Of a stretch of 32,000 nucleotides of DNA, positions 1 to 9,039 are shown piece by piece; position 1 is the first letter of the stretch; the number at the start of each line of letters is the position of its first letter. The translations under genes and the position numbers were made by a program. The stretch covers positions 1,050,001-1,082,000 of the forward strand of contig NZ_LT934425.1 of the NCBI RefSeq assembly GCF_900232105.1. Reading direction: 5' to 3'. The notes beneath the pieces were generated by a model, which was given only the letters and a program-made list of their open reading frames with translations, was not told where the DNA came from and did no database searches. This DNA comes from Candidatus Kuenenia stuttgartensis. GTDB taxonomy: Bacteria > Planctomycetota > Brocadiia > Brocadiales > Brocadiaceae.

Positions 1-353
1 GGTATTTTTTCTATCACGGAAATTTTTCAAAAGACTAAAATGTTGCAAATTTTGTGATTTGGGCACTGGAATTTTATTGCAATACATGGCTCCATTATCC
101 ACACAAACTCATGGTTTGCAAACCTTAATCCACTTGGAGTTAGGCTGGGAAGTAAATAAGGTACCCCCCTTGATTAATGCTTAATTTATAGACAATAAAA
201 TGCATTTTGCTACTTTATTTGCCATGACACGACAAAGCGATGCATAGAATTTGAAGGGGCATACTATCGCACCTTATCGAGCGGAAATGAGTGTCTGAAG
301 TTCAGGAGGGGGAAACGGTGGGGGCATTATTACAGGCAGCTCGTGAATTGTAA

Positions 354-1118
354 TTACAATTTTATACGCAATCCATCATAAGCGAGTTCCACGTTTTCAG
401 GAAGCCTGCTATTTGTTGACTCATGCTCTATATCATGGCATATGTGGGTAAAATAGGTCTTTTGGGGCCTGACTTTAGAGACAATATCCAGCGCCTGGTC
501 TATATTGAAATGCTTTGCGTGAGGCGTGTAGCGGAGTGCGCCCAGGACAAGGACGTCGAGATTCATTAATTTTGCCAATGAGTGATCGGGTATTTCACTC
601 ACATCCGTTATATAAGCGAATCTTTCGAACCGATAGCCCGTAACGAGGCCATTCCCATGAATAGCGTCAATCGGCACAATGGAAAAACCGCCTATTTTTA
701 CATTGCCATCAATGGCGTTAAGAGAAAAGCGGGGTACATAGCCATCGTTTTTTGCCCGGATATCAAACGCATAGGCGAAAATTCTTTTTATGCCCTCAAG
801 GGTATCTGGTGTGCCATAAATAGGGATGTCTTTACGCTGTACAATATTGAACCGCCGGAGATCGTCCAGCCCGAAAATATGGTCTGCATGGATATGGGTT
901 ATGAGGACGGCATCCAGCCTGGTAACGTTGTTCTTTATACATTGAAGCCTCATTTCCGGCGTGGCGTCGATAAGGATGTCGCAGCCATTTTCACAAACAA
1001 GAACTGACGTGCGCATCCTTTTATTCTTTGGATTATCGGAGGTACACACCTTGCAGTTGCATGCAATCATCGGTACGCCGTGCGATGTTCCCGTGCCCAG
1101 GAATATTACTTCCATCAT
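354..1118 (-). CDS. Metallo-beta-lactamase fold hydrolase (PhnP / cyclic phosphodiesterase-like)
   Basis: 254-aa ORF beginning MEVIFLGTGTSHGVPMIACNCKVC, with the metal-binding motif THIHADHIFG and a later TFITHICHD-like histidine motif. Confidence 0.85.
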   Translation of the reverse strand: MMEVIFLGTGTSHGVPMIACNCKVCTSDNPKNKRMRTSVLVCENGCDILIDATPEMRLQCIKNNVTRLDAVLITHIHADHIFGLDDLRRFNIVQRKDIPIYGTPDTLEGIKRIFAYAFDIRAKNDGYVPRFSLNAIDGNVKIGGFSIVPIDAIHGNGLVTGYRFERFAYITDVSEIPDHSLAKLMNLDVLVLGALRYTPHAKHFNIDQALDIVSKVRPQKTYFTHICHDIEHESTNSRLPENVELAYDGLRIKL

Positions 1119-1303
1119 TTGTACCCTTTCAAAGGATATGAATACATTTAAGGGACTTGAAATTTTCTATTATGCTGCAGCAGTCGGTAGTCTACAGTCG
1201 GAAAATCGCAGGTTGAGGACTGCCGATTGCCGACCACAGAAGCAACAATTAATATTTTGTCAAAAATGCAATGAAATTACTAATAAGGTACTAAATTGTT
1301 ACG

Positions 1304-2353
1304 TTATTTGTGCCTTCGCATGCCAACACGTTGACTCCATATTTTTTTTACTATCCCGTCATCGTCTTCATCATAAATTTCACCCAAAATCTCTTCCAGA
1401 ATATCCTCCATGGTTACGATTCCAACGGGTTTTAAATTTTTACAAACTATTGCCATTTGGAGGTGATATGTCTGAAGATTTTTTAATATCTTCAAAATGG
1501 GGTCATTTACCTCTACAAAATAAGGCTCACGGACCAGGTTTGACAATGAAAAAGGGCTTTTTGTATCCATCATTGCAATGAACTCTTTCGTGTGCAAAAT
1601 GCCAAAAACCTTTAACTCTCCTTCTTCCGAAATAACAGGAATCCTTGTATGGCCGCAGGCAATTACCACCTTCAGTATGTCTTCTTTGTTCATTGATACG
1701 GGTATGGTTACTGCTTTGGAAAATGGAAGCATTATTTCAGAAACCTTTTTAAATCTCAAGGCAAATAGGTTTAAAATGTAGTCTTTGTGAAACGGAGGCA
1801 ATGATTCCAGGGAAAGTTCGGGGGTCACGGTTTTATCAGAAACCGTTGTACGAATACCAAACAGCGATAAGAGTTTTATCGTCGATTCTTCCAGGGTATG
1901 AATAACGGGCATGGCAACCTTTATCATTATTCTCAGGAAACGTCCCGATACTAAAGACACCTCTTCGGGGTAACGGATTGCAATTGCTTTTGGCACCAAT
2001 TCGCCAATAACAACGGAAAAAAAGGTAAATGGAATAACAAAGAGGGCAATGCCTAGAATTTTTGCGGTTGTTTCCGAAACATTAAGTAATTTTTGAAGAA
2101 ACGGGAGTATCGTTTTTTCGACTTCCGCACCACCCACAGCAGCAGATAGTATGCCAACAAGGGTGATGCCTACCTGAATAGCGGCGAATGTCCTTTCCGG
2201 CCTGCTTTTTAAGTGCAGGAAAATTTTTGCCGCGCTATTCCCCCTGGACGCCATACTGCGCATGAGCGGCACGTTGGTGGATGCAAATGCCATTTCTACA
2301 CACGAAAACAAACTATTAAACAAAAGCATTATTGCTATTATAATCCAATCCAT
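1304..2353 (-). CDS. CNNM/DUF21 (hemolysin C-like) membrane protein with CBS domain
   Basis: 349-aa ORF with an N-terminal membrane region (LFNSLFSCVEMAFAS...VGITLVGILSAAVGGAEVE) and a C-terminal CBS-like part (HTRIPVISEEGELKVFGILHTKEFI...GIVTMEDILEEILGEIYDE). Confidence 0.9.
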   Translation of the reverse strand: MDWIIIAIMLLFNSLFSCVEMAFASTNVPLMRSMASRGNSAAKIFLHLKSRPERTFAAIQVGITLVGILSAAVGGAEVEKTILPFLQKLLNVSETTAKILGIALFVIPFTFFSVVIGELVPKAIAIRYPEEVSLVSGRFLRIMIKVAMPVIHTLEESTIKLLSLFGIRTTVSDKTVTPELSLESLPPFHKDYILNLFALRFKKVSEIMLPFSKAVTIPVSMNKEDILKVVIACGHTRIPVISEEGELKVFGILHTKEFIAMMDTKSPFSLSNLVREPYFVEVNDPILKILKNLQTYHLQMAIVCKNLKPVGIVTMEDILEEILGEIYDEDDDGIVKKIWSQRVGMRRHK

Positions 2354-2466
2354 AACGTATCTTCATGTATGGGTTAAATGGTATTTGCTTCTAAAAAACT
2401 CTTTTGGTATGTTTTGTGGTTCACGAACGGTACGATGGTAATGTGGCGGGAAAGAGTGAAATTCAT

Positions 2467-3804
2467 TTATAAAGAAAAACCCTCAAATTTTTCTAAAATT
2501 GCGGTTTTAACTGCTTCGTATGATGGCGGAACTGATACAGGTAGATTTGCAAACCTTGGTGTAACTTCTTTCAGTTTATTTTCGTGATAATTTATCTTAA
2601 ACTCGGTAAACTTCAACCCGTGTGCGGTTGAAATAACCACGACCTTTTCATGCGCTTTAATTTTTTTCTTTTCCAGCAATTTTTTCAGAACGGCAAGCGC
2701 AACGCCTGTGTGGGGACAGCTAAACAGTCCCGTTTTGTCCGCTTGCGCCGCTGCATTTGCCAATTCGTCTTCCGTTGCCTGTTCGACAATCCCATCAAAC
2801 TTTTTCAATATATTGATCGCCTTTTGGTAACTTACGGGATCCCCTATCTGAATGGCGCTGGCGAGTGTTTTTTGTGCTTTTATTGGCTTAAATTCTTTAA
2901 AACCTGTCAAATAACTAAGATACAAAGGGTTTGCCTTGGCTGCCTGAGCGCATACAATGCGCGGCCTTTTGTTTGTAATACCCATTGCTTCCATAATCAG
3001 AAAACCCTTTCCTATGGCGGAAGTGTTACCTAGATTCCCTCCGGGGACGACGATTACATCGGGGACTTCCCAGTCAAACTGTTGTACAATTTCGACGCTG
3101 ATAGTTTTCTGTCCTTCGATGCGCAGAGAATTCATGGAATTGGCAAGATAGATATTGTTTTTAAGACACACCTCCCTGACCAGTTTCATGCAGCCGTCAA
3201 AATCCGTATCGATGGAGAGCGTAAGGGCGCCGTTTGCAATGGGCTGGATAAGCTGTGCCAGGGACACCTTGTCCTTTGGGAGAAATACAATTGAAGGAAT
3301 CCCGGCCGCTGCACAATATGCGGCAAGGGCGGCAGATGTATCCCCGGTGGAGGCGCAGGCTACCGCGGGAATTTTTTTCCCTTCTGAAATCATCTGTTTT
3401 ACCATGGAAACCAGTACGGTCATTCCCAAATCTTTAAAAGATCCCGTGTGGGAATTTCCGCATTGCTTGATCCAGATATTTTCAATGCCGAGTTCCTTTC
3501 CCAGCCTTTCAGCCCAGAAAAGGTTACTGCCGCCTTCATACAAGGAGACTACATTTTCATTTTTCACCTGCGGACATACAAATTCCTTCTTTCCCCAGAC
3601 AGAACTGCCATATGGCCATTTCGTGCGAAGATAGCGTGCATCCAGCAAATCCTTCCAGTATTTTGCGTCGTGCTTACGCAATTGATCCAGGTCATGCACG
3701 ACCTCAAGAAGGTTGCCGCATTTTTTGCAATGATAAATAATTTCGTTTAGCTTGTATTTTTCATCGCAGCCCGCAATGCATTGAAACCACGCTCTGTATG
3801 GCAT
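2467..3804 (-). CDS. thrC: Threonine synthase (PLP-dependent)
   Basis: 445-aa ORF with an N-terminal zinc-ribbon-like CxxC segment, the PLP-lysine motif [18 protein letters not shown], and [16 protein letters not shown]. Confidence 0.93.
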   Translation of the reverse strand: MPYRAWFQCIAGCDEKYKLNEIIYHCKKCGNLLEVVHDLDQLRKHDAKYWKDLLDARYLRTKWPYGSSVWGKKEFVCPQVKNENVVSLYEGGSNLFWAERLGKELGIENIWIKQCGNSHTGSFKDLGMTVLVSMVKQMISEGKKIPAVACASTGDTSAALAAYCAAAGIPSIVFLPKDKVSLAQLIQPIANGALTLSIDTDFDGCMKLVREVCLKNNIYLANSMNSLRIEGQKTISVEIVQQFDWEVPDVIVVPGGNLGNTSAIGKGFLIMEAMGITNKRPRIVCAQAAKANPLYLSYLTGFKEFKPIKAQKTLASAIQIGDPVSYQKAINILKKFDGIVEQATEDELANAAAQADKTGLFSCPHTGVALAVLKKLLEKKKIKAHEKVVVISTAHGLKFTEFKINYHENKLKEVTPRFANLPVSVPPSYEAVKTAILEKFEGFSL

Positions 3805-4031
3805 GAAGCCGTTCTCCCTTTTCCCTCGTAAAATAAATATTTTCTACAATTACTTCTGTGAAATTTTTTCTCATTATAGGCAGACATACATTGGATTATC
3901 AAGTAAAATAAAAAGGCCTTTCCCGCGCAGAACGGTTATTTTCGTTTTGACAAAAACACTCTTGTTCTGATAAGCTTCTCACAAGCCGTTGTATCGACAA
4001 AATTGTATAATGCCAGACCACCATAAAAATT

Positions 4032-4436
4032 TTGAAAGTGTTTATAATGTTGCCATTCTTCAAAGATTTTGATAAAGAAACTTTCAAACGTGGGCTGAAA
4101 CATGCCTTCAGTGTTGGCACTGCGCAGGAATACGAGGTATTTAAAGAATACGAACATGCCCTCGCTGCCCGATTAGCGGCAATAATTCACAAAAGAAGGC
4201 TTACCATACCGGCAACAATGTTTCTGGAGTGTATGCAGCCGCTTAACTATATTGGAAGTCAGGCAATGGTATTCTTAAGGCCATTTTTAACCTTTTTCTT
4301 TTCCCCCAAAGAATATGATATACTTCAGGGCATTCTTGAAAGAAGAAAGGGTATGAAGATGATAATTGAAGCATTAGAAAATGCGCCACATCAACATCAG
4401 CAAGAAGATAAAAAGAAAAACGAAGAAAAATTGTAA
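4032..4436 (+). CDS. Conserved small hypothetical protein
   Basis: 134-aa ORF with plausible composition and a charged C-terminal tail; the start may be the internal MLPFFKDF. Confidence 0.55.
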   Translation: MKVFIMLPFFKDFDKETFKRGLKHAFSVGTAQEYEVFKEYEHALAARLAAIIHKRRLTIPATMFLECMQPLNYIGSQAMVFLRPFLTFFFSPKEYDILQGILERRKGMKMIIEALENAPHQHQQEDKKKNEEKL

Positions 4437-4442
4437 TAATTC

Positions 4443-4739
4443 GTAACACTTTAGTTTTTTGAAAAGTGTACTACATATAAGCTCCGTAGGAGCAGCCTGT
4501 TTGCAGCAAAATAGGATATTATAACAGATCGTAGAGACAGGTTTGAAACCTGTCTCTGCAATTAGGGGCGACCTGTCTCTTGTAAATCCATATAAACAGG
4601 TCTGCCTGAATACGGACAGGCCGCTCCTACGGAGCTATTTACCTTATTGAATTTTATTGCGCTACAAACAGACCGCCCCTGACGGGGCTACATGGTATTT
4701 TTTCAATCCCGGGAATTTTTCAAAAAACTAAAATGTTAC
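4443..4739. repeat. Inverted-repeat-bounded non-coding element with internal palindromes
   Basis: gtaacactttagttttttgaaaa (4443-4465) is inverted as ttttcaaaaaactaaaatgttac (4717-4739). Nested inside, agctccgtaggagcagcctgt (4480-4500) pairs with acaggccgctcctacggagct (4616-4636). Confidence 0.75.
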
Positions 4740-4769
4740 AATAATTCACATTAAAATAGAACATAGATT

Positions 4770-6578
4770 ATGGAACAAAAATATCCTGATTTGAATGTTA
4801 TCATTGCCACAGATTGTGGCAGTACCACTACAAAAGCTATTTTAATTGAGAAAAATGACGGCGTTTACCGGCAAACATTCAGGGGAGAATCACCGACAAC
4901 CGTGGAAGCCCCTTTTGAAGACGTTACCCGTGGAGTACTCAACGCATTTGCGGAGGTGGAGGAGCTTTCAGGCAGGAAGATTTTAGACGGAGAAAAAATT
5001 ATAACTCCTGCCAGTGGCAATGTGGGGGTTGATATTTATGTTTCCACAAGCAGCGCAGGCGGGGGATTGCAAATGATGGTTGCGGGGGCAGTCAAGACTA
5101 TGACAGCAGAAAGCGCCCAAAGAGCGGCATTGGGGGCAGGCGCAATCGTCATGGACGTCATTGCCTCAAATGATAAACGGCTCCCTCATGAAAAAATTGA
5201 CCGGATAAGACACCTGCGGCCCGATATGATACTCCTTTCCGGAGGTACGGACGGGGGGACGGTTACCCACGTAGTGGAACTGGCAGAATATATCGCGGCA
5301 GCGAATCCAAGACCAAGGCTCGGCATGTCATTTCAACTTCCCATTGTGTATGCAGGCAACAAGGACGTTCGTCAAAAAATCACCGAAATACTGGGGGAAA
5401 AAACTTCGCTGCATATCACTGAAAACCTGCGTCCCACACTGGAGCGGGAAAATCTTTTCCCTGCACGCCAGGAGATTCAAAAACTCTTTCTTGAACATGT
5501 CATGGCGCAAGCGCCAGGCTACAAGACACTGATGACCTGGACAGGCGCCCCGATTATGCCTACCCCGGCGGCAGTCGGCCTCATTATGCAGACGATAGCA
5601 AAGAGGGACAATATTAACGTAGTCGGGGTTGATATTGGTGGTGCAACAACTGATGTTTTTTCCGTTTATGGAGAGGTCTTCAACCGTACGGTTAGCGCAA
5701 ATCTGGGAATGAGCTATAGCGTGTCAAATGTTTTGGCAGAGGCGGGACTTCCGAATATTTTGAGGTGGATGCCTTTTGATATAGAGGAATCTGATTTAAG
5801 GAACAGGATTAAGAATAAAATGATCCGCCCTACGACCATACCGCAAACTCTGGATGAACTAAAAATAGAGCAGGCATTGTCTCGTGAAGCGCTCAGGCTT
5901 TCCTTTGATCAGCATAAATCATTGGCAGTCGGGTTAAGAGGTGTACAGCGGGAGAGGGATATTTCCGAGGCGTTACAACAGGATGTTTCAGCAGAAACGA
6001 TTGTTGACATGCTAAAATTAGATCTTCTGGTTGGCAGCGGAGGGGTATTATCCCATGCGCCGCGAAGGGTGCAATCAATGCTTATGATGATTGACGCCTT
6101 TCAGCCGGAAGGGATAACGAGGATTGCCGTGGACAGTATTTTCATGATGCCGCATCTCGGAGTCCTTTCCTCAATAAATGAAAAGGCGGCAACGGAGGTA
6201 TTTATGAAAGATTGCCTGATTCATCTTGGAACCTGCGTTTCTCTTGCAAAAAGCCGCACCGGCAAGGCAGGGGAGGCATGTCTGTCGTATAAAATAACCC
6301 TGCCCGGTGGGAAAACAAGGGAAGAATCAATGCCGTTTGGAGATTTGCGCGTGATACCCCTTGATATTAATGAAACTGCGGAAATGGAGATATCCCCGTC
6401 GAAGAATTATGATGTAGGCAAGGGAAGGGGAAAGGCTATCACCGCACATGTACATGGCGGGGTTATCGGCGTTGTAATCGATACCCGGGGAAGACCTGTT
6501 GTTTTGGCGAAAGATAAAGCCTCGCGGGTAGAGCAATTAAAGAAATGGACGCAAGCCATTGATGCGTATCCGCAATAG
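4770..6578 (+). CDS. Glutamate mutase MutL/GlmL-like ASKHA-family protein
   Basis: 602-aa ORF with the phosphate motif VIIATDCGSTTTKAILIE, a second motif VVGVDIGGATTDVFSVYG, and MLLSGGTDGGTVTHVVELAEYI, typical of the glutamate mutase accessory family. Confidence 0.88.
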   Translation: MEQKYPDLNVIIATDCGSTTTKAILIEKNDGVYRQTFRGESPTTVEAPFEDVTRGVLNAFAEVEELSGRKILDGEKIITPASGNVGVDIYVSTSSAGGGLQMMVAGAVKTMTAESAQRAALGAGAIVMDVIASNDKRLPHEKIDRIRHLRPDMILLSGGTDGGTVTHVVELAEYIAAANPRPRLGMSFQLPIVYAGNKDVRQKITEILGEKTSLHITENLRPTLERENLFPARQEIQKLFLEHVMAQAPGYKTLMTWTGAPIMPTPAAVGLIMQTIAKRDNINVVGVDIGGATTDVFSVYGEVFNRTVSANLGMSYSVSNVLAEAGLPNILRWMPFDIEESDLRNRIKNKMIRPTTIPQTLDELKIEQALSREALRLSFDQHKSLAVGLRGVQRERDISEALQQDVSAETIVDMLKLDLLVGSGGVLSHAPRRVQSMLMMIDAFQPEGITRIAVDSIFMMPHLGVLSSINEKAATEVFMKDCLIHLGTCVSLAKSRTGKAGEACLSYKITLPGGKTREESMPFGDLRVIPLDINETAEMEISPSKNYDVGKGRGKAITAHVHGGVIGVVIDTRGRPVVLAKDKASRVEQLKKWTQAIDAYPQ

Positions 6579-6692
6579 GAGTTTTACCAGGACGTTAAAT
6601 TATGCTTAGTACTTATCACTACTTTCTTTGCACACTTCCATTCGTCAGTGCGTGCTTTTTGGAAAATATTTAATGGCCACTTCTGTAGTCGG

Positions 6693-6728
6693 CAATCTAC
6701 AATCAGCAATCAGCAATCAGCAATCGGC
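6693..6728. repeat. Short 7-bp tandem repeat (aatcagc)
   Basis: aatcagc aatcagc aatcagc aatcggc at 6701-6728, preceded by the related aatctac. Confidence 0.7.
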
Positions 6729-6826
6729 AAATTGCAGATTGAGGATCGAGGACTGGAGATTGGGGACTATTTTCGCGCTTGTTTGGTTCTGGCCATGCCA
6801 GCTTAGGAATTTCAATATTTTTTAAA

Positions 6827-6908
6827 GGCGCATTGCATGCGTCTCTTTGTTATGTCAATATTTTTCTTTACGTACAGCAGTTTACAGACGTATGCAATGC
6901 GTCTCTAC
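6827..6908 (-). repeat. Palindromic dispersed repeat, copy A
   Basis: Ends ggcgcattgcatgcgtctct and agacgtatgcaatgcgtctctac. The whole element aligns in reverse complement with 11048-11138. Confidence 0.8.
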
Positions 6909-6932
6909 ATTAAAAACAGGATTTTGTAAAAC

Positions 6933-8057
6933 ATGACACACGCATATACACCTGGTTTACGCATATCTGAAAAAACAAAAATCGCAAGCCGAAGATCCTT
7001 GCCCCTGCTGGGTGACGTTCTTGTTAAAAAAGGCGCTACGTTGAAGGCTGAGGATGTTGTAGCTGTCACCCATTTACCCGGCAAAGTGCACGTCACTAAT
7101 GCGGTTAACCGGCTGGGAATTCAACCAAAAGACCTTAAGGATTACATGTTGAAAAAAGAGGGTGATTCCGTACAGAAAAACGAACCCATTGCGGAGACAA
7201 GGCCATGGCTGAAGATGATGAAATCTGTTTTGCTATCGCCCATTACCGGTACTATTGAAACAATCTCTACGATAACGGGACAAATTCTTCTGCGCGAACC
7301 TCCAAGGCCGATCGAGGTATATTCCCACGTTGATGGTATCGTTACAGAAGTAATGGAAAAAGAGGGGGTGGTGGTAGAAACGGTTGGCACCTTCATACAG
7401 GGGATTTTTGGCGTTGGCGGGGAAACGGTTGGCGAACTTGCAATCGCCGTTGACGGCCCTGACGATATAATTACCGCAGATAAAATTCATTCTGAATACA
7501 AAGACAAAATTATTGTTGGCGGCGCTTTTGTTGAATATGATACCATTGAAAAGGCAAAAAAGATCGGCGTTAAAGGTATAATTGTCGGTGGTTTTAATGA
7601 TGATGACCTTAAGAAACTCCTGGGATATGATTTAGGCGTGGCGATTACCGGTTCGGAAGAAATTGACATAACGCTTATCATTACGGAAGGGTTTGGGCGC
7701 ATACAAATGGCACAAAGGACGTTCGAATTGCTCAAATCCCGCGCAGGCGCCAAGATTTCAATAAACGGGGCGACTCAGATACGTGCAGGGGTGGTGCGTC
7801 CTGAAATTATAATACCGCTTGCAACTCAGACAACCGGAGAGAAAGATACTGGTATGGCAGACAGAGGTATGGAAATCGGAGATCCGGTGAGGGTCATTCG
7901 TGCGCCCTATTTTGGCAGGATCGGAAACATCAAGGCACTGCCCTTTTCCCCACAACTCATCGAAACAGAAGCCACCGTACGCGTGCTTGAAGTAGCATTT
8001 GCAGATGGCACATCTGCGGTTGTTCCCCGGACAAATGTGGAAATGATTGAAACTTAA
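6933..8057 (+). CDS. Conserved protein with biotinyl/barrel-sandwich-like N-terminal half, linked to the MutL-like gene
   Basis: 374-aa ORF with segments such as LLSPITGTIETISTITGQILLREPPRPIEVYSHVDGIVTEV and a C-terminal VRVIRAPYFGRIGNI KOW-like stretch; collinear with the upstream MutL-like gene. Confidence 0.8.
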   Translation: MTHAYTPGLRISEKTKIASRRSLPLLGDVLVKKGATLKAEDVVAVTHLPGKVHVTNAVNRLGIQPKDLKDYMLKKEGDSVQKNEPIAETRPWLKMMKSVLLSPITGTIETISTITGQILLREPPRPIEVYSHVDGIVTEVMEKEGVVVETVGTFIQGIFGVGGETVGELAIAVDGPDDIITADKIHSEYKDKIIVGGAFVEYDTIEKAKKIGVKGIIVGGFNDDDLKKLLGYDLGVAITGSEEIDITLIITEGFGRIQMAQRTFELLKSRAGAKISINGATQIRAGVVRPEIIIPLATQTTGEKDTGMADRGMEIGDPVRVIRAPYFGRIGNIKALPFSPQLIETEATVRVLEVAFADGTSAVVPRTNVEMIET

Positions 8058-8369
8058 TTACGCCTTTACGTACAACTTATTTCCTCCATCCTCGTTTTGT
8101 AAGTTTTTGTTCATTAAAAACCGCTAAATTCGAAATTCGAAAAAATCTCAAAACTCAAAACTACAAATTCAAATATTCCAAACCTCGTTTTTAATTTTTT
8201 TCACTTGATATTAGAATTCGCTTCGGATTTTCGAATTTGGTTGCGGCCAAAGACGACACCAGGTGTTTAATGGCGAAATCCCCCCCTACCGGCAGGCAAG
8301 AACAATATAAAATGGAGGTTCAAGTTTGCATTGATGCAAAGCCTTAATGCCAGCATCCATTAACCAGCC

Positions 8370-8651
8370 TTATTCGGCAGGTAATCTTTCTGCTTCTGCT
8401 TCGGCTTCGGCTTCGGCTTCGGCTTTAGCCGCTTCTTCTTTCTGTTGTTTTTCTTTCCGTTTTTTTTCTGCCTGCCTTATGTCATATTCAAGCTCACGGT
8501 TGAGTTTATCCGCATCCGTTTTCGAGTCATCAATAAAAAATTGCTCTGAGGTTTTAAATTTTATATATACCCTTTCGTCACCGCAGCCTGGAAGAACGAA
8601 TAAAATAGCAAGGATTGGTATTGTCTGTAAGAGATAATTTCGTAGTTTCAT
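8370..8651 (-). CDS. Small lipoprotein with Glu/Ala-rich repeat tail
   Basis: 93-aa ORF with a lipobox-like sequence MKLRNYLLQTIPILAILFVLPGCGD and the tail EEAAKAEAEAEAEAEAERLPAE. Confidence 0.7.
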   Translation of the reverse strand: MKLRNYLLQTIPILAILFVLPGCGDERVYIKFKTSEQFFIDDSKTDADKLNRELEYDIRQAEKKRKEKQQKEEAAKAEAEAEAEAEAERLPAE

Positions 8652-9039
8652 GCATAGTATTCCTTTAATGAAATATTAAAACGGAGGGTTTGCGGCTAGT
8701 ATATTTAGTACCTTATCAGTAATTTTTTCGCATCTTTTGGCAAAATATTTAATGGTGAAATACGAAATACGCAACGCGAAATACGAAACAAATTCTAATG
8801 ACAAAATGATTGTGACTATTCAGCGTAATTTATTAAACTACCGGAGATCAGAGCGCAATTGCGTTCCCAAACAGATACTTCACTATGTTCAGTACAAGGT
8901 TTGGGAACGAGCCATGTATCGTTTACCCTCAATAGTTACAGATAATTTAAAATTTTAAACAAGAGCACCTTTCGTATTTTTTATTTCGTGCTTCGTGGTT
9001 AAAATCTTTTTGGTGGCGGCTATACCACTCTATGAAATG

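Noticed and set aside
582-3750. Plus-strand ORFs at 582-1007, 961-1581, 2650-3033, 3155-3634 and similar
   Set aside because: They run antisense to clearly coding genes (MBL-fold protein, CNNM/CBS protein, threonine synthase) and have no recognisable domains.
6701-6728. Possible CRISPR-like array
   Set aside because: The repeat unit is only 7 bp with no spacers. No cas genes are in the window.
7142-7753. Minus-strand ORFs opposite the 6933-8057 gene
   Set aside because: The plus-strand gene has the coherent protein signal; the opposite ORFs look like shadow frames.
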